64,000 nucleotides of DNA from an uncultured Actinomycetota bacterium (GTDB taxonomy: Bacteria > Actinomycetota > Actinomycetes > Mycobacteriales > QHCD01). The translations under genes were made by a program, and so were the position numbers. The notes beneath the pieces were generated by a model that was not told the origin of the DNA, did no database searches, and saw only the letters and a program-made list of their open reading frames with translations. The DNA lies in the NCBI GenBank assembly GCA_963775655.1, contig CAVZJT010000006.1:123940-187939 (forward strand), given 5' to 3'. Positions 35,901-44,137 of the stretch are shown one piece after another. Within the stretch, counting starts at the first letter, position 1. Each line of letters opens with the position of its first letter.

Positions 35901-37207
35901 AGGTGCGGCACCCAGCGGAGCCACGACCATCGCCCGGCACTCGCGTCGTCGGCGAGCAGCACGACCTGCAGGTCCTGCGGGCCGTGCAGTGTCGCCACCT
36001 GGCCGACCAGTGCGCGGAGCAGGGCATCGACGGGTGCCGCCGGTCCGGCGATACCGAGCACTCCGCAGCTGCGCAGTCCGACGGTCACCGGCACCGACCG
36101 TGCCGTCGGCGGATCCGCCGGCGGCGGGCCGGCCCCCGATCGGCGGACCGTGATCCGGGCCGGCCGCGTGGCGGTGCCGAGCCGGAGGACCAGATGGTCG
36201 GGATCGCCGCGTCGACGTTCCCAGAGCCGCGCTCCCGGGCCACAGGCGGTGCGCCGGACGACGGCCAGGTCGGGCGCCTCCGCCCGCCGCAGCCGGGTGT
36301 CCTCGGCCACGGCGCGGGCCAGCTCGGTGTCGGCGCGGGCCAGGGCGGCGCGGTATTCGCCCCGCTCCCGGCGGCTGCTCCGGCGGAGTCCCCACCGGTC
36401 GCTCACCGCGGAACCGAGCACCATCACCGGCGAGAGCGCCGCGAACGCGAGATAGGCCGCCGACCTGAGCGCGAACGCCAATCCGACGCCGGCGAGCAGC
36501 GGGACGATCGCCGCGAACACCGGCACCTTGCCGGGACTACGTCGCACCGGCTCCTGCGGCAGCACCACCTCCACCTGCGGCGTCGACGGACACAGCCGGG
36601 GTGGCCGATGCACCGTGAGCGTGCCGTCCTCGCCGGCGCGGACCGCGGCCGGTGGATCGGTCGGTACGGCGAGAGTCAGCCCGGTCTCGCCGATGCGCAG
36701 CAGCGATCCGGTGGTGAGGGAGACGGGATCCGCGCCGACCGGTAGCTCGTCGAGCGTCGTGCCGTTGGTCGAGCCGAGATCGTGCACGGTCACGCCGTCG
36801 CCGGACACCGCGATCTCGACATGCCGGCGGGACACATCCGGGTCGGCGACGGGAACGTCGCTGCCGTCGTCGCGACCCACCACGACCCGTCCGCGCGGCA
36901 ACGGGTGCACCGCGCCGGCGTCCGGGCCGCTCACCACCCGGAGCTCGAGGATGCCGGAAACGCCTCGGTCGCGGGGGCCGGGTGCGCCGACTCCGAGCAC
37001 GCATCCCGACCGCAGGTCCGGTCCGCCCAGCGGCGTGCGCGCAGCCAGCAGGCGGGTCCCGGCGTAGAACTCCGTCGACGCGCCGACCAGCCCGGCCAGC
37101 CCGGCGAGCTCGTCGGCAATGTCCCCCAGTGCGGTGCCGGGCTCGGCGTCGACGGCGACGTCGAGCGGGGTGCGTCCGGGGGTGAGCAGGGTCAGGTCGA
37201 GATGCAC
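32927..37207 (-). CDS. FHA-domain FtsK/SpoIIIE ATPase (EccC/EssC-like type VII secretion ATPase)
   Basis: N-terminal ubiquitin-like region; FHA (VGR, SRRH, STNGT); two TM helices; three P-loops GTTGSGKS/VVDEF, GGPRSGRST/LIDGW, GPARSGRST/VVDD. Confidence 0.9.
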   Translation of the reverse strand: MHLDLTLLTPGRTPLDVAVDAEPGTALGDIADELAGLAGLVGASTEFYAGTRLLAARTPLGGPDLRSGCVLGVGAPGPRDRGVSGILELRVVSGPDAGAVHPLPRGRVVVGRDDGSDVPVADPDVSRRHVEIAVSGDGVTVHDLGSTNGTTLDELPVGADPVSLTTGSLLRIGETGLTLAVPTDPPAAVRAGEDGTLTVHRPPRLCPSTPQVEVVLPQEPVRRSPGKVPVFAAIVPLLAGVGLAFALRSAAYLAFAALSPVMVLGSAVSDRWGLRRSSRRERGEYRAALARADTELARAVAEDTRLRRAEAPDLAVVRRTACGPGARLWERRRGDPDHLVLRLGTATRPARITVRRSGAGPPPADPPTARSVPVTVGLRSCGVLGIAGPAAPVDALLRALVGQVATLHGPQDLQVVLLADDASAGRWSWLRWVPHLSGPDGGRRIGVTGDQRRRRVGELLSLLGARSRDRQTRVAGWTEPSIVILIDRASLLRDDPGVARLLDEGPALGIYAICADRAARLLPAECGALVEVIGEVGTRLRLVAGDDPPIEQIVVDGAGLAWANDVCRALAPLRLGGGDARDGPPPASRLLDLFGVDVPTAEAIRAHRRPDLPTTRVVLGESAQGAYAVDLVADGPHALVAGTTGSGKSELLQTVVLGLAITNGPDQMTFVLIDYKGGAAFKDCADLPHTVGLVTDLDHHLTRRALRSLDAEVARRERLLSSEGAKDIDDYLRARAGSAEPLPRLVIVVDEFATLVDELPDFVTGLVGIAMRGRSLGVHLILATQRPSGVVSPVIRANTSLRLALRMTDDSESRDVLDLADAARISASRPGRGFARTATGAPVEFQAARVGGRHGGSPTRPDRPTVCLSPWSTAGDIDGTPADPIDDADTDLRTTVAAIRSAVDPHTDPPRRPWLPPLPTVVTLADLGDRTGDVLPFALADHPAEQRQGTHAIDLARGGSVLVAGGPRSGRSTTLRTIAGAAASRFTPEDLHLYVLDCAGGALSAAKDLPHCGAVCGRRDVDRGDRMLTRLAGEVDRRQALLGARGFASVTEQRAAVPEADRLAWLLLLIDGWAGFQAAYDEVDGGRPVETLLRLAREGAAAGLRVVVTGDRAALTGRISAALPTKIMLSCADSLDYGLAGLPARAIPDAMPDGRIIVVDGAVEAQVALLGPDPSGRAQAAALGDIARRAANGVPTTRPRAFRVRSLPASVDPADIVVPAAPGPLWALVGVGGDDADAVGVDLARDGPGFLIAGPARSGRSTALRTMARSLLAQGTPIAVVAARRSPLRALAGTPGVRGVFGPGDAGPLGEALEAGPVVAVVDDIALLTDTAAGDVVTDVLKSDDGVRAVIAAGRNDEVAMLFRGPAVTVRADRCGLLLSPGPTDGDLLGVRLPRGVGPAPPGRGVLVVGGRVSAVQVAAGGVLRQ

Positions 37208-37213
37208 GCCGCC

Positions 37214-37265
37214 AGTCTGGCCGGATCGGCCGACCGGATGGGGGCCCGAGCGGGAGCCTGTGGAC
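37214..37265 (-). promoter_or_regulatory. GTCCACAG motif plus -10 CAGACT (leaderless FHA-FtsK promoter)
   Basis: Motif at 37265-37258; CAGACT at 37219-37214 (45 nt from the T); GTG at 37207 (57 nt), the same geometry as comF. Confidence 0.65.
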
Positions 37266-37309
37266 AGCCGAGTGCCGTAGCGTCACCGGCGGTGATCCGA
37301 GGAGGTCGG

Positions 37310-38119
37310 ATGGGTGGGGCTGGCGACAGGGGTGGCGCGAACCGCAACTTCGGCGAGGAAGGCGGGCGGCTGTCCTACGGCAGCTACCTGCGCTTGCCCG
37401 AGCTGTTGGCCCAGCAGGTGCCGGAGTCCGATCCGCCTGCGCACGACGAGCTGCTGTTCATCACCGTCCACCAGGTCTACGAACTGTGGTTCGCGCTGCT
37501 GCTGCACGAGCTCGGTTCCGCCCGCGACGCGATGCTCGCCGGCGACAGCTACCTGCCGCGGATGCGGTTGTCGCGCGCGCACGTCGTCGAACGGCTCCTC
37601 GTCGAGCAGATCGACGTGATCGAGACGATGACACCACAGGACTTCCTGGTGTTCCGGACGCTGCTTGCGCCGGCCAGCGGGTTCCAGTCGGTGCAGTTCC
37701 GGGAGATCGAATTCCTCTCCGGCGCGAAGGATGCGCGTTACGTCCACCGCCTGCGCGACGCGACACCCGCCGAGCAGTCCCGGCTCCGGCGCCGGCTGGA
37801 CGAGCCGACCCTGTGGGACGGGTTTATCGAGCTGCTGTCGGCCGCCGGGTTCGACGTCGCGTCGGAATCGGCGTGCAGTGACTCGCTGCTGGCGCTCAGC
37901 CACGACCGGTCCGCGCACGGCGCGTTGTGGGATCTCGCCGAGGCCCTCGTCGAGCACGACGAGCAGTGGGCGCGGTGGCGCGCCCGGCACGTCCTGATGG
38001 TCGAGCGGATGATCGGCGGCAAGTCGGGAACCGGTGGATCCACAGGCGCGCCTTACCTTTCAGCACGGCTCGGTCTGCGGTTCTACCCTCTGCTCTGGGA
38101 GTTGCGCTCACGGCTTTGA
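37310..38119 (+). CDS. kynA: Tryptophan 2,3-dioxygenase
   Basis: Y..YL.L..LL..Q, HDELLFI.VHQVYELWF, ASGFQS.QFREIEF, WR.RH..MVERMIG.K.GTGGS.G..YL; SD GGAGG. Confidence 0.94.
   Translation: MGGAGDRGGANRNFGEEGGRLSYGSYLRLPELLAQQVPESDPPAHDELLFITVHQVYELWFALLLHELGSARDAMLAGDSYLPRMRLSRAHVVERLLVEQIDVIETMTPQDFLVFRTLLAPASGFQSVQFREIEFLSGAKDARYVHRLRDATPAEQSRLRRRLDEPTLWDGFIELLSAAGFDVASESACSDSLLALSHDRSAHGALWDLAEALVEHDEQWARWRARHVLMVERMIGGKSGTGGSTGAPYLSARLGLRFYPLLWELRSRL
38039..38089 (+). promoter_or_regulatory. TCCACAG motif plus -10 TACCCT inside the kynA 3' end (candidate WXG100 promoter)
   Basis: TCCACAG 38039-38045; TACCCT 38084-38089 (45 nt); the kynA codons here are locally A/T-ending. Confidence 0.55.
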
Positions 38120-38198
38120 GACACCACATCGAGGTCCGCGCGACCGTCCATTTCCCTGGATCGCCCGCGCCGCGGGCACAAAGACGGAGGTTGTCCCG

Positions 38199-38495
38199 AT
38201 GTCAGGTGGAATCAAGGTCACGCCGGAGATGCTGCACGAGCTCGGCGGGCAGTGTCATGCGAAGGCCGGTGAGCTGCAGGGCGCGAGTGACACCCTGCGC
38301 GGGCAGGTGGCGAGTGTGGTCGGAAGCACGTGGAGCAGCAGCGCGTCGGCGCAGTTCGACGAACTGCACCAGAAGTGGCAGCGCGGTCAGCACGACATGC
38401 ACGAGGCGCTCGTCGGCATCGGCACGCTGCTGCATCGTGCCGGCACCGCCTACGCCGATTCCGAGCACCAGATCCGCGGGTTCTTCACCGCCTAG
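38199..38495 (+). CDS. WXG100 / ESAT-6-like protein
   Basis: 98 aa; IKVTPE.L N-terminus, central W (WSS instead of WxG), F...H.KW, C-terminal YADSE (YxxxD/E); SD GGAGG. Confidence 0.88.
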   Translation: MSGGIKVTPEMLHELGGQCHAKAGELQGASDTLRGQVASVVGSTWSSSASAQFDELHQKWQRGQHDMHEALVGIGTLLHRAGTAYADSEHQIRGFFTA

Positions 38496-38522
38496 CGCTG
38501 CGACGGTGCCAGGATCGCCCGC

Positions 38523-38933
38523 ATGAGGGATCACGCGGCAAGCTCCGGTCACAACGACGACTCGATCGCGTCGGTGGCCAGCGCGGGATCGATCGGGTCC
38601 GTCGCCAGCGCGGGATCGATCGGGTCGGTGGCGAGTTCCGGGTCGATCGGGTCGGTGGCCAGCGCCGGGTCCATCGCGTCGGTGGCGAGCGTCGGGTCGA
38701 TCGGTTCGGTGGCCAGCGTCGGCTCGATCGGCTCGTGCCTGTCGGTCGGCTCGGTCGGCTCACTTGCGTCGATCGGCAGCAAACGAGCAGTCGGCGCAGT
38801 ATTCGGTGTTCCGGTGGCCGAGTGGCTGGCGACCCGGGCGGTGCATCGGCACGCGGGACACCGGGGCAGGCCCGGGCGGGCGCGGCGGCTCGCCATCGGC
38901 AGAGCGCACCGACGGAGATCGCGGACCGCTTGA
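38523..38933 (+). CDS. Small protein with a Ser-x-x tripeptide repeat
   Basis: Eight SIGSVASAG-like units; variation is mostly at third codon positions of the + frame. Confidence 0.6.
   Translation: MRDHAASSGHNDDSIASVASAGSIGSVASAGSIGSVASSGSIGSVASAGSIASVASVGSIGSVASVGSIGSCLSVGSVGSLASIGSKRAVGAVFGVPVAEWLATRAVHRHAGHRGRPGRARRLAIGRAHRRRSRTA
38562..38780 (+). repeat. Degenerate 27-bp tandem repeat, 8 copies
   Basis: Consensus tcgatcgggtcggtggccagcgcggg(a/g/c). Confidence 0.9.
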
Positions 38934-38964
38934 CGCGGGCGATGATCTCCCGCACGGTCAGGGC

Positions 38965-39598
38965 GTGTCACATCCACCGTCCTGCCCTCGCTGCGGGGCC
39001 GCGCTGCGTCCGCCGAGCGCGTATTCGAGCGCGTGGCGGTGCCCGACGCACGGTGCCGTCGCGCCGGTGCACGTGCTGCCCACCGCCACCACTGAGGCCG
39101 TCGAGCACCTGCGCGCCCTCAGCGAGGTGCCCTGCTGGATCCCGTCGCCCATGCCGGCGGACTGGACCGTGACCGGACTCGCCTACGCCGGTGATGAGCG
39201 CAGCCGGGGGCAGAGCCGCCGTACTGGCTTGCGCCGGACCGGCGCCGCTCGGTGGTGTCGCCGACATGCTGCTGGTCGCCGAGGAGCCCGGTGTCGGGCT
39301 CGGCGCGGGTTACGCCGGCCTGGACGAGCCCGATCCCGGACCGGCGATCGGCGGTAGCCGGGCGACCAGCATGAAGGCCGCCGGGCACCCCACCGCGCTG
39401 TGGGTCGTGCCGAGCGACGACGACCGGTGCGTGGCTGTCGGCGAGGCCGAGGGGCTGTGGTTGTGGGCGATCCTGTGGCCGGCCGCGGCGGGCTACGTGC
39501 TGGCCGAGGACCTCGAACTGCACGACCTGCGCGACTCGGTGCCGCCCGACCTGGTCGTCGGCGCACCGTCGCCGTACCTCATGCGCCGCGGGCGCTGA
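38965..39598 (+). CDS. DUF6758-like protein (apparent +1 frameshift at about 39204)
   Basis: SCPRCG..LR.P...S.W.C..HG.V in one frame, then GGRAAVLAC.GP.PLGG..DMLLVAEE.GVGLGA in the next; removing one C joins them. Confidence 0.78.
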
Positions 39599-39714
39599 CC
39601 GCAGTCGTTCCGGCGGTCGACACACAGTGTTTACGGCGCGTCGGTTTTCCTTGAGCGGCCGGACACGGTAAAACTACGGGGTTGAAGATCAAGTCGGACG
39701 GAGAGGAGGCTGGC

Positions 39715-39873
39715 GTGGTCTCGACCAAGAAGCTGGTGAGCTGGCTGGCGATCGCCTTCGTGATCTTCTACGTCATCCAGTCCCCGCACCAGTCCGCTGA
39801 CATCATCCGCTCGATCGGGAGCGGGCTGAGCTCGGCCGCCAACCAGATCGCGGAGTTCGTCAAGTCTCTCTGA
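39715..39873 (+). CDS. Small membrane protein
   Basis: KKLVSWLAIAFVIFYVI.SP..SA...; strong SD GAGGAGG. Confidence 0.75.
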   Translation: MVSTKKLVSWLAIAFVIFYVIQSPHQSADIIRSIGSGLSSAANQIAEFVKSL

Positions 39874-39891
39874 CGACTCTCGCTGACGACG

Positions 39892-40398
39892 ATGTCCTCG
39901 ACTCCGCACAAGTACCTTCTTCCCACCGAACGTCGGGTGGTCGAGGTGCGCCGGCACCCGGCGATGCTGTTCTGGCCGCTGGTCCAGACCGCGATCGTCA
40001 TCGCGGTCGCGCTCGTGCTGTCCTATCTGATGCGTCACAACGGCACCGTCCAGACGATCGTGGGGGGTCTCGCGATCCTCGCGTTGCTGCGGCTGGCCTA
40101 TCTCATCGGTGACTGGTGGGTCGAGCGCTTCGTGGTCACCGACCAGCGCGTGCTGCTGTCCTCGGGCCTGCTGACCAGGCGCGTGGCGATGATGCCGCTG
40201 CGCAAGGTCACCGACATGACCTACGAGCGGTCGGTCCTCGGACGGTTGCTCGGCTACGGCGAGTTCATCATGGAGTCCGCCGGCCAGGACCAGGCGCTGA
40301 GCCGGGTTCCCTATCTGCCGAGGCCCGACAGCCTCTATATCGAGGTCTCGCAGCTGCTGTTCGGTCGCGGTGCCGTCTACGACCAGTACTCCGACTGA
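39892..40398 (+). CDS. Bacterial PH-domain membrane protein
   Basis: YLLPTE..V..VRRHP, W..ERFVVTD.RVLL..GLL.R.VAMMPL.KVTDM, LGYG....ESAGQDQAL. Confidence 0.88.
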   Translation: MSSTPHKYLLPTERRVVEVRRHPAMLFWPLVQTAIVIAVALVLSYLMRHNGTVQTIVGGLAILALLRLAYLIGDWWVERFVVTDQRVLLSSGLLTRRVAMMPLRKVTDMTYERSVLGRLLGYGEFIMESAGQDQALSRVPYLPRPDSLYIEVSQLLFGRGAVYDQYSD

Positions 40399-40455
40399 CC
40401 CGGGTTCGGTGCGCCAAGGGGCCACCCGCCGGAGGCGGTGGATACTTCATCGACG

Positions 40456-41310
40456 ATGCGCATCGACCTGCACGCCCATTCGACCGCGTCGGACGGCACC
40501 CTGCCGCCGGCGGAGTTGATGGCGGCCGCCGCCACGGCGCGGCTCGACGTGATCGCCCTCACCGACCACGACACGACCGCGGGATGGGACGAGGCGGCCG
40601 CGGCGCTGCCCACCGGCGTCACGCTCGTGCCCGGAGCGGAACTGTCCTGCGTCATCCCGGTCGCCGACCGCCGGGTCTCCCTGCACCTGTTGGCCTACCT
40701 CTTCGACCGCACCGAACCGGTCTTCGCCGCCGCGCGGGCGCGGCTGCGGGACAGCCGGCTGCGGCGCGCCCGGAGCATCGTCGACCACATGACCGCGGAC
40801 GGACTGCCCATCACGTGGGACCGCGTGCAGGCACTGTCCGACGGCGCATCCGTCGGGCGCCCGCACATCGCCCGCGCGCTGGTCCAGGCCGGTTCGGCGG
40901 CGACGGTCGACGACGCGTTCGCGCAGCTGCTCAACTCGCGAAGTCCCTACTACCTCCCGAAGGACGACATGGATGCCTTCGCCGCGGTCCGCGCCGTCAG
41001 CGGAGCCGGCGGCGTGTCGGTGTTCGCGCACCCGCTCGCCCGCCGCCGCGGTCCCGTCGTCGGCGACGACGAGATCGTCGCCCTCGCCGAGGCCGGCCTC
41101 GGCGGTCTCGAGGTCGACCACACCGACCACACCGCGGCCGAGCGGGCGCACCTGCGCCGGCTGGCGGCCGACCTGCACCTGGTGGTGACCGGTTCGAGCG
41201 ACTTCCACGGCTCCAACAAGACGGTGTCCCTGGGGACCTGCACGACCGAACCCGCGCAGTACGACGCGCTCGTCGCCGCGGCGAGCGGGACCCGGCCGGT
41301 GACCGCGTGA
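40456..41310 (+). CDS. PHP-domain phosphoesterase
   Basis: IDLHAHSTASDG, ALTDHDT, GAELSC, GRPHIA, FAHP, TGSSDFHG. Confidence 0.94.
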   Translation: MRIDLHAHSTASDGTLPPAELMAAAATARLDVIALTDHDTTAGWDEAAAALPTGVTLVPGAELSCVIPVADRRVSLHLLAYLFDRTEPVFAAARARLRDSRLRRARSIVDHMTADGLPITWDRVQALSDGASVGRPHIARALVQAGSAATVDDAFAQLLNSRSPYYLPKDDMDAFAAVRAVSGAGGVSVFAHPLARRRGPVVGDDEIVALAEAGLGGLEVDHTDHTAAERAHLRRLAADLHLVVTGSSDFHGSNKTVSLGTCTTEPAQYDALVAAASGTRPVTA

Positions 41311-41332
41311 GAGGCGCGGCCCGATCCCGCCG

Positions 41333-41950
41333 ATGAGCCACTGGTTCGACCCCCGCTACTTCGGCGAGGCGTTCGTCACCCTGCTGGTCATCATCGACCC
41401 GCTCGGAACGGTGCCGATCTTCCTGGCCCTCACCCGGGAACGCAGCCGGCCGGCCCGGCGGCGGGCCGCCTGGCAGGCGGTGCTGGTCGCCTTCGTGGTG
41501 ATCTGCGCCTTCGCGGCGTTCGGGCAGCAGATCCTGTCCTACCTCGGGATCGGCATCCCCGCGCTGCAGGGCGCCGGCGGGCTGCTGCTGCTCCTCGTCG
41601 CGCTGGAGCTGCTGACCGACCGGGCCGACGACCCGCGCGAGGTCGAGGACGTCAACGTCGCCCTCGTCCCGCTCGGCACCCCGCTGCTCGCCGGGCCCGG
41701 GGCGATCGTCGCCGCGATCGTCTTCGTCCGCCGTGCGAACGGTCCCGGAGATCTGGTCGGCCTGGCGGTGGCGATCATCGCCGTGCACCTGGTGCTCTGG
41801 CTCGCCCTGCGCTACTCCGGCCTGATCATCCGGGTGGTGAAGGACAGCGGCATCGTGCTGCTGACCCGCATCGCCGGCCTGCTGCTGTCCGCGATCGCCG
41901 TACAGCTGGTGGCCGACTCGGTGATCGGCTTCGTCCGCGGGGCGGGGTGA
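41333..41950 (+). CDS. MarC-family membrane protein
   Basis: TLLVIIDPLG.VPIF, ALVPLGTPLLAGPGAI, TRIAGLLL.AIAVQ. Confidence 0.94.
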   Translation: MSHWFDPRYFGEAFVTLLVIIDPLGTVPIFLALTRERSRPARRRAAWQAVLVAFVVICAFAAFGQQILSYLGIGIPALQGAGGLLLLLVALELLTDRADDPREVEDVNVALVPLGTPLLAGPGAIVAAIVFVRRANGPGDLVGLAVAIIAVHLVLWLALRYSGLIIRVVKDSGIVLLTRIAGLLLSAIAVQLVADSVIGFVRGAG

Positions 41951-42027
41951 GCCCTCGGACCGGGCGGTCGACCACAGCGGTCCGTCGGAGTAACCGGAGG
42001 GCACCCGGGCCAGCTACCGTGGGGAGG

Positions 42028-43278
42028 GTGAGAAAACTTCTGGTGGTCCTCGCCGCCTGCGCAGCGGCCGCGTTCGTCGCGCCGCAGCAGGCACTCGCCG
42101 CCGACCCGGTCGACACCGCCGCGTCCGCGCTGCAGAGCACGAACGTCTACGTCGCCCCCGACAGCACCGTCACGCTCGACAAGGGGAAGGTCCAGCAGGC
42201 GATCGGCGACCACCGGCTCTACGTCGCCGTCCTCCCGGCCAGCGCCGGTGACCCGTCGACGGCGGCCGACACGATCGGCTCCGCGCTCGGCCGCGGCCGG
42301 ATCACCGTCGCGGTGTTGTCCGGTACGACGCTCGCCGCCCGATCCGGGGCGTTCTGTCCGGGGGCGGCGGCCGATGCCGCCCACAAGGCCTCCGCCGCGC
42401 ATCCGGTCAGCGCCGGCGGCGACGCCACCACGCTGTTCACCTCGCTCGTGACCGACCTGGGCAACGAGCCGCTGTGCGGCTCCGGCTCGGGCGCGGCCGC
42501 CGGCGGCTCCAGCGGCGGCGGCGGGCACACCGGCCTCATCGTCGGCCTGGTCATCCTGGTGCTCGTCGTCGGTGGCGTGGGCGCCTGGATCTTCACCCGG
42601 CGCCGGGCCCGGATGCAGCGGCTCGAGGGCCGGCGGGCCGAGGTGCTGTCCCTCTACGGGCGGCTCGGCGCGGACGTCGCCAACCTCGACGCCGGGACCG
42701 ATGCGGTCGCCCGGCAGGCGATCGCCGACGCGTCCGAGCGCTACACCGCCACCGGCTCCCTGCTCGAGCACGCCGACACCGACGGGGAGTACGACGCGGC
42801 CCGGCGTACCGCCCTCGAAGGCCTGCAGGCGGCCCGCACCGCCCGCAGCCGGCTGGGTCTCGACCCGGGACCGGATCTTCCCCCGATGACGCCGACCACC
42901 GGCGAGCGGCTCACCGAGGAGAGCGAGGTCACGGTCGGGGACAAGACCGTGCGCGGCTACCCGGACTACACCCCGGGCGCCCCGTACTACTTCGGCGGCG
43001 GAGGCGGTTACGGCGCGGGCTGGTACTCCTTCCCGTTCTGGGAGACGTTGCTGATCGGCTCGGCGCTCGGCGGCTGGGGCGGCGGTTGGGGCGGCGGCGG
43101 CTACGACGCCGGATACAACCAGGGCTACGAAGCCGGCCAGGACCAGAACGACGGCAACGGCGGCGACTGGGGCGGCGGCAACGGCGGTGACTGGGGCGGT
43201 GGCGGCGGCGACTGGGGCGGCGGTGGTGGCGGCGGCGACTGGGGCGGTGGCGGCGGCGACGGTGGCGGCGGCTGGTAA
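42028..43278 (+). CDS. Secreted/membrane hypothetical protein with Gly-rich C-terminus
   Basis: Signal peptide, TM helix, PYY.GGG...AGWYS.PFWET motif, GGGDW repeats. Confidence 0.75.
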   Translation: MRKLLVVLAACAAAAFVAPQQALAADPVDTAASALQSTNVYVAPDSTVTLDKGKVQQAIGDHRLYVAVLPASAGDPSTAADTIGSALGRGRITVAVLSGTTLAARSGAFCPGAAADAAHKASAAHPVSAGGDATTLFTSLVTDLGNEPLCGSGSGAAAGGSSGGGGHTGLIVGLVILVLVVGGVGAWIFTRRRARMQRLEGRRAEVLSLYGRLGADVANLDAGTDAVARQAIADASERYTATGSLLEHADTDGEYDAARRTALEGLQAARTARSRLGLDPGPDLPPMTPTTGERLTEESEVTVGDKTVRGYPDYTPGAPYYFGGGGGYGAGWYSFPFWETLLIGSALGGWGGGWGGGGYDAGYNQGYEAGQDQNDGNGGDWGGGNGGDWGGGGGDWGGGGGGGDWGGGGGDGGGGW

Positions 43279-43285
43279 CCCGCAG

Positions 43286-44137
43286 GTGAGTGGGCAGGGA
43301 GAGCAGCTCGACCTCGCCGGGATGCCGACCCGCCTCTTCGCCTGCACCCCGTCCAAGCTCGCGACCTACGACGACTGCCCGCGCCGGTTCCGGATGACCT
43401 ACCTCGACCGGCCGGCGCCGCCGAAGGGACCGCCGTGGGCGCACAACACCGTCGGCGCGGTCGCGCACGCGGCGCTGAAGAAGTGGTGGGATCTGCCGGT
43501 GTCGCGGCGCACCGCCGAGGCGGCCGGTGCCCTCGTCGACGCGGCCTGGACCGACGACGGTTTCCGGGACGCCGCCCAGTCGGCGTTCTGGCGCGGCCGG
43601 GTCCACCAGTGGGTCCACGGCTACGCGCAGACCCTCGACCCGCGCGACGAGCCGGTCGGTGTCGAGCGCAACGTCGCGGCCACCACCGCGCGGCTTGCGA
43701 TCTCCGGTCGGGCCGACCGCATCGACGAGCGCGACGGCGAGGCGGTGGTCGTCGACTACAAGACCGGTCGGCGTGACCTCAGCGAGATCGACGCCCGCTC
43801 GTCGCAGGCCTTGGCGTTCTACGTGCTCGGGGCGCGGCGCACGCTGCACCGTCCGTGTCACCAGGTCGAACTGCACCACCTGCCGACCGGCGCGGTGATC
43901 CGCTGGAGGCACACCGAGGAGACGCTCGCCAGGCAGGTCGGCCGGGCCGAGGCGACCGCCGACGACATCATCGCCGCGACGGACACGGTCTCGGCCGGCG
44001 CCGACCCCGACGCGGTGTTCCCGGTCCGTACCGGACCGCACTGCGGATGGTGCGATCTACGCCGGCACTGCCCCGCCGGTCAGTCGGCGGCGCCGGCGCG
44101 CGAGCCCTGGGCCGGGCTGCCCGAGCCGACCGGCTGA
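43286..44137 (+). CDS. RecB-family PD-(D/E)XK nuclease with Fe-S Cys
   Basis: TPSKL..Y.DCPRRF, GRADRID, VVDYKTG, QAL..Y, C.WC....HCP. Confidence 0.9.
   Translation: MSGQGEQLDLAGMPTRLFACTPSKLATYDDCPRRFRMTYLDRPAPPKGPPWAHNTVGAVAHAALKKWWDLPVSRRTAEAAGALVDAAWTDDGFRDAAQSAFWRGRVHQWVHGYAQTLDPRDEPVGVERNVAATTARLAISGRADRIDERDGEAVVVDYKTGRRDLSEIDARSSQALAFYVLGARRTLHRPCHQVELHHLPTGAVIRWRHTEETLARQVGRAEATADDIIAATDTVSAGADPDAVFPVRTGPHCGWCDLRRHCPAGQSAAPAREPWAGLPEPTG

Noticed and set aside
38549-38977. Minus-strand ORF with DPALATDPI repeats
   Set aside because: Shadow of the + strand Ser-repeat ORF, which is co-oriented with its neighbours and shows mostly synonymous repeat variation.
41970-42030. GACCACAG 57 nt before GTG 42028, with TACCGT nearby
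   Set aside because: One mismatch in the core and a 44-nt offset; not counted, though worth including in a genome-wide scan.
43070-43278. GGGDW low-complexity repeat as a novel element
   Set aside because: Gly-rich tails of this kind are common on actinobacterial membrane proteins.
43286-44137. Cas4 of a CRISPR system
   Set aside because: Stand-alone RecB-family nuclease with no cas1/cas2 or array.
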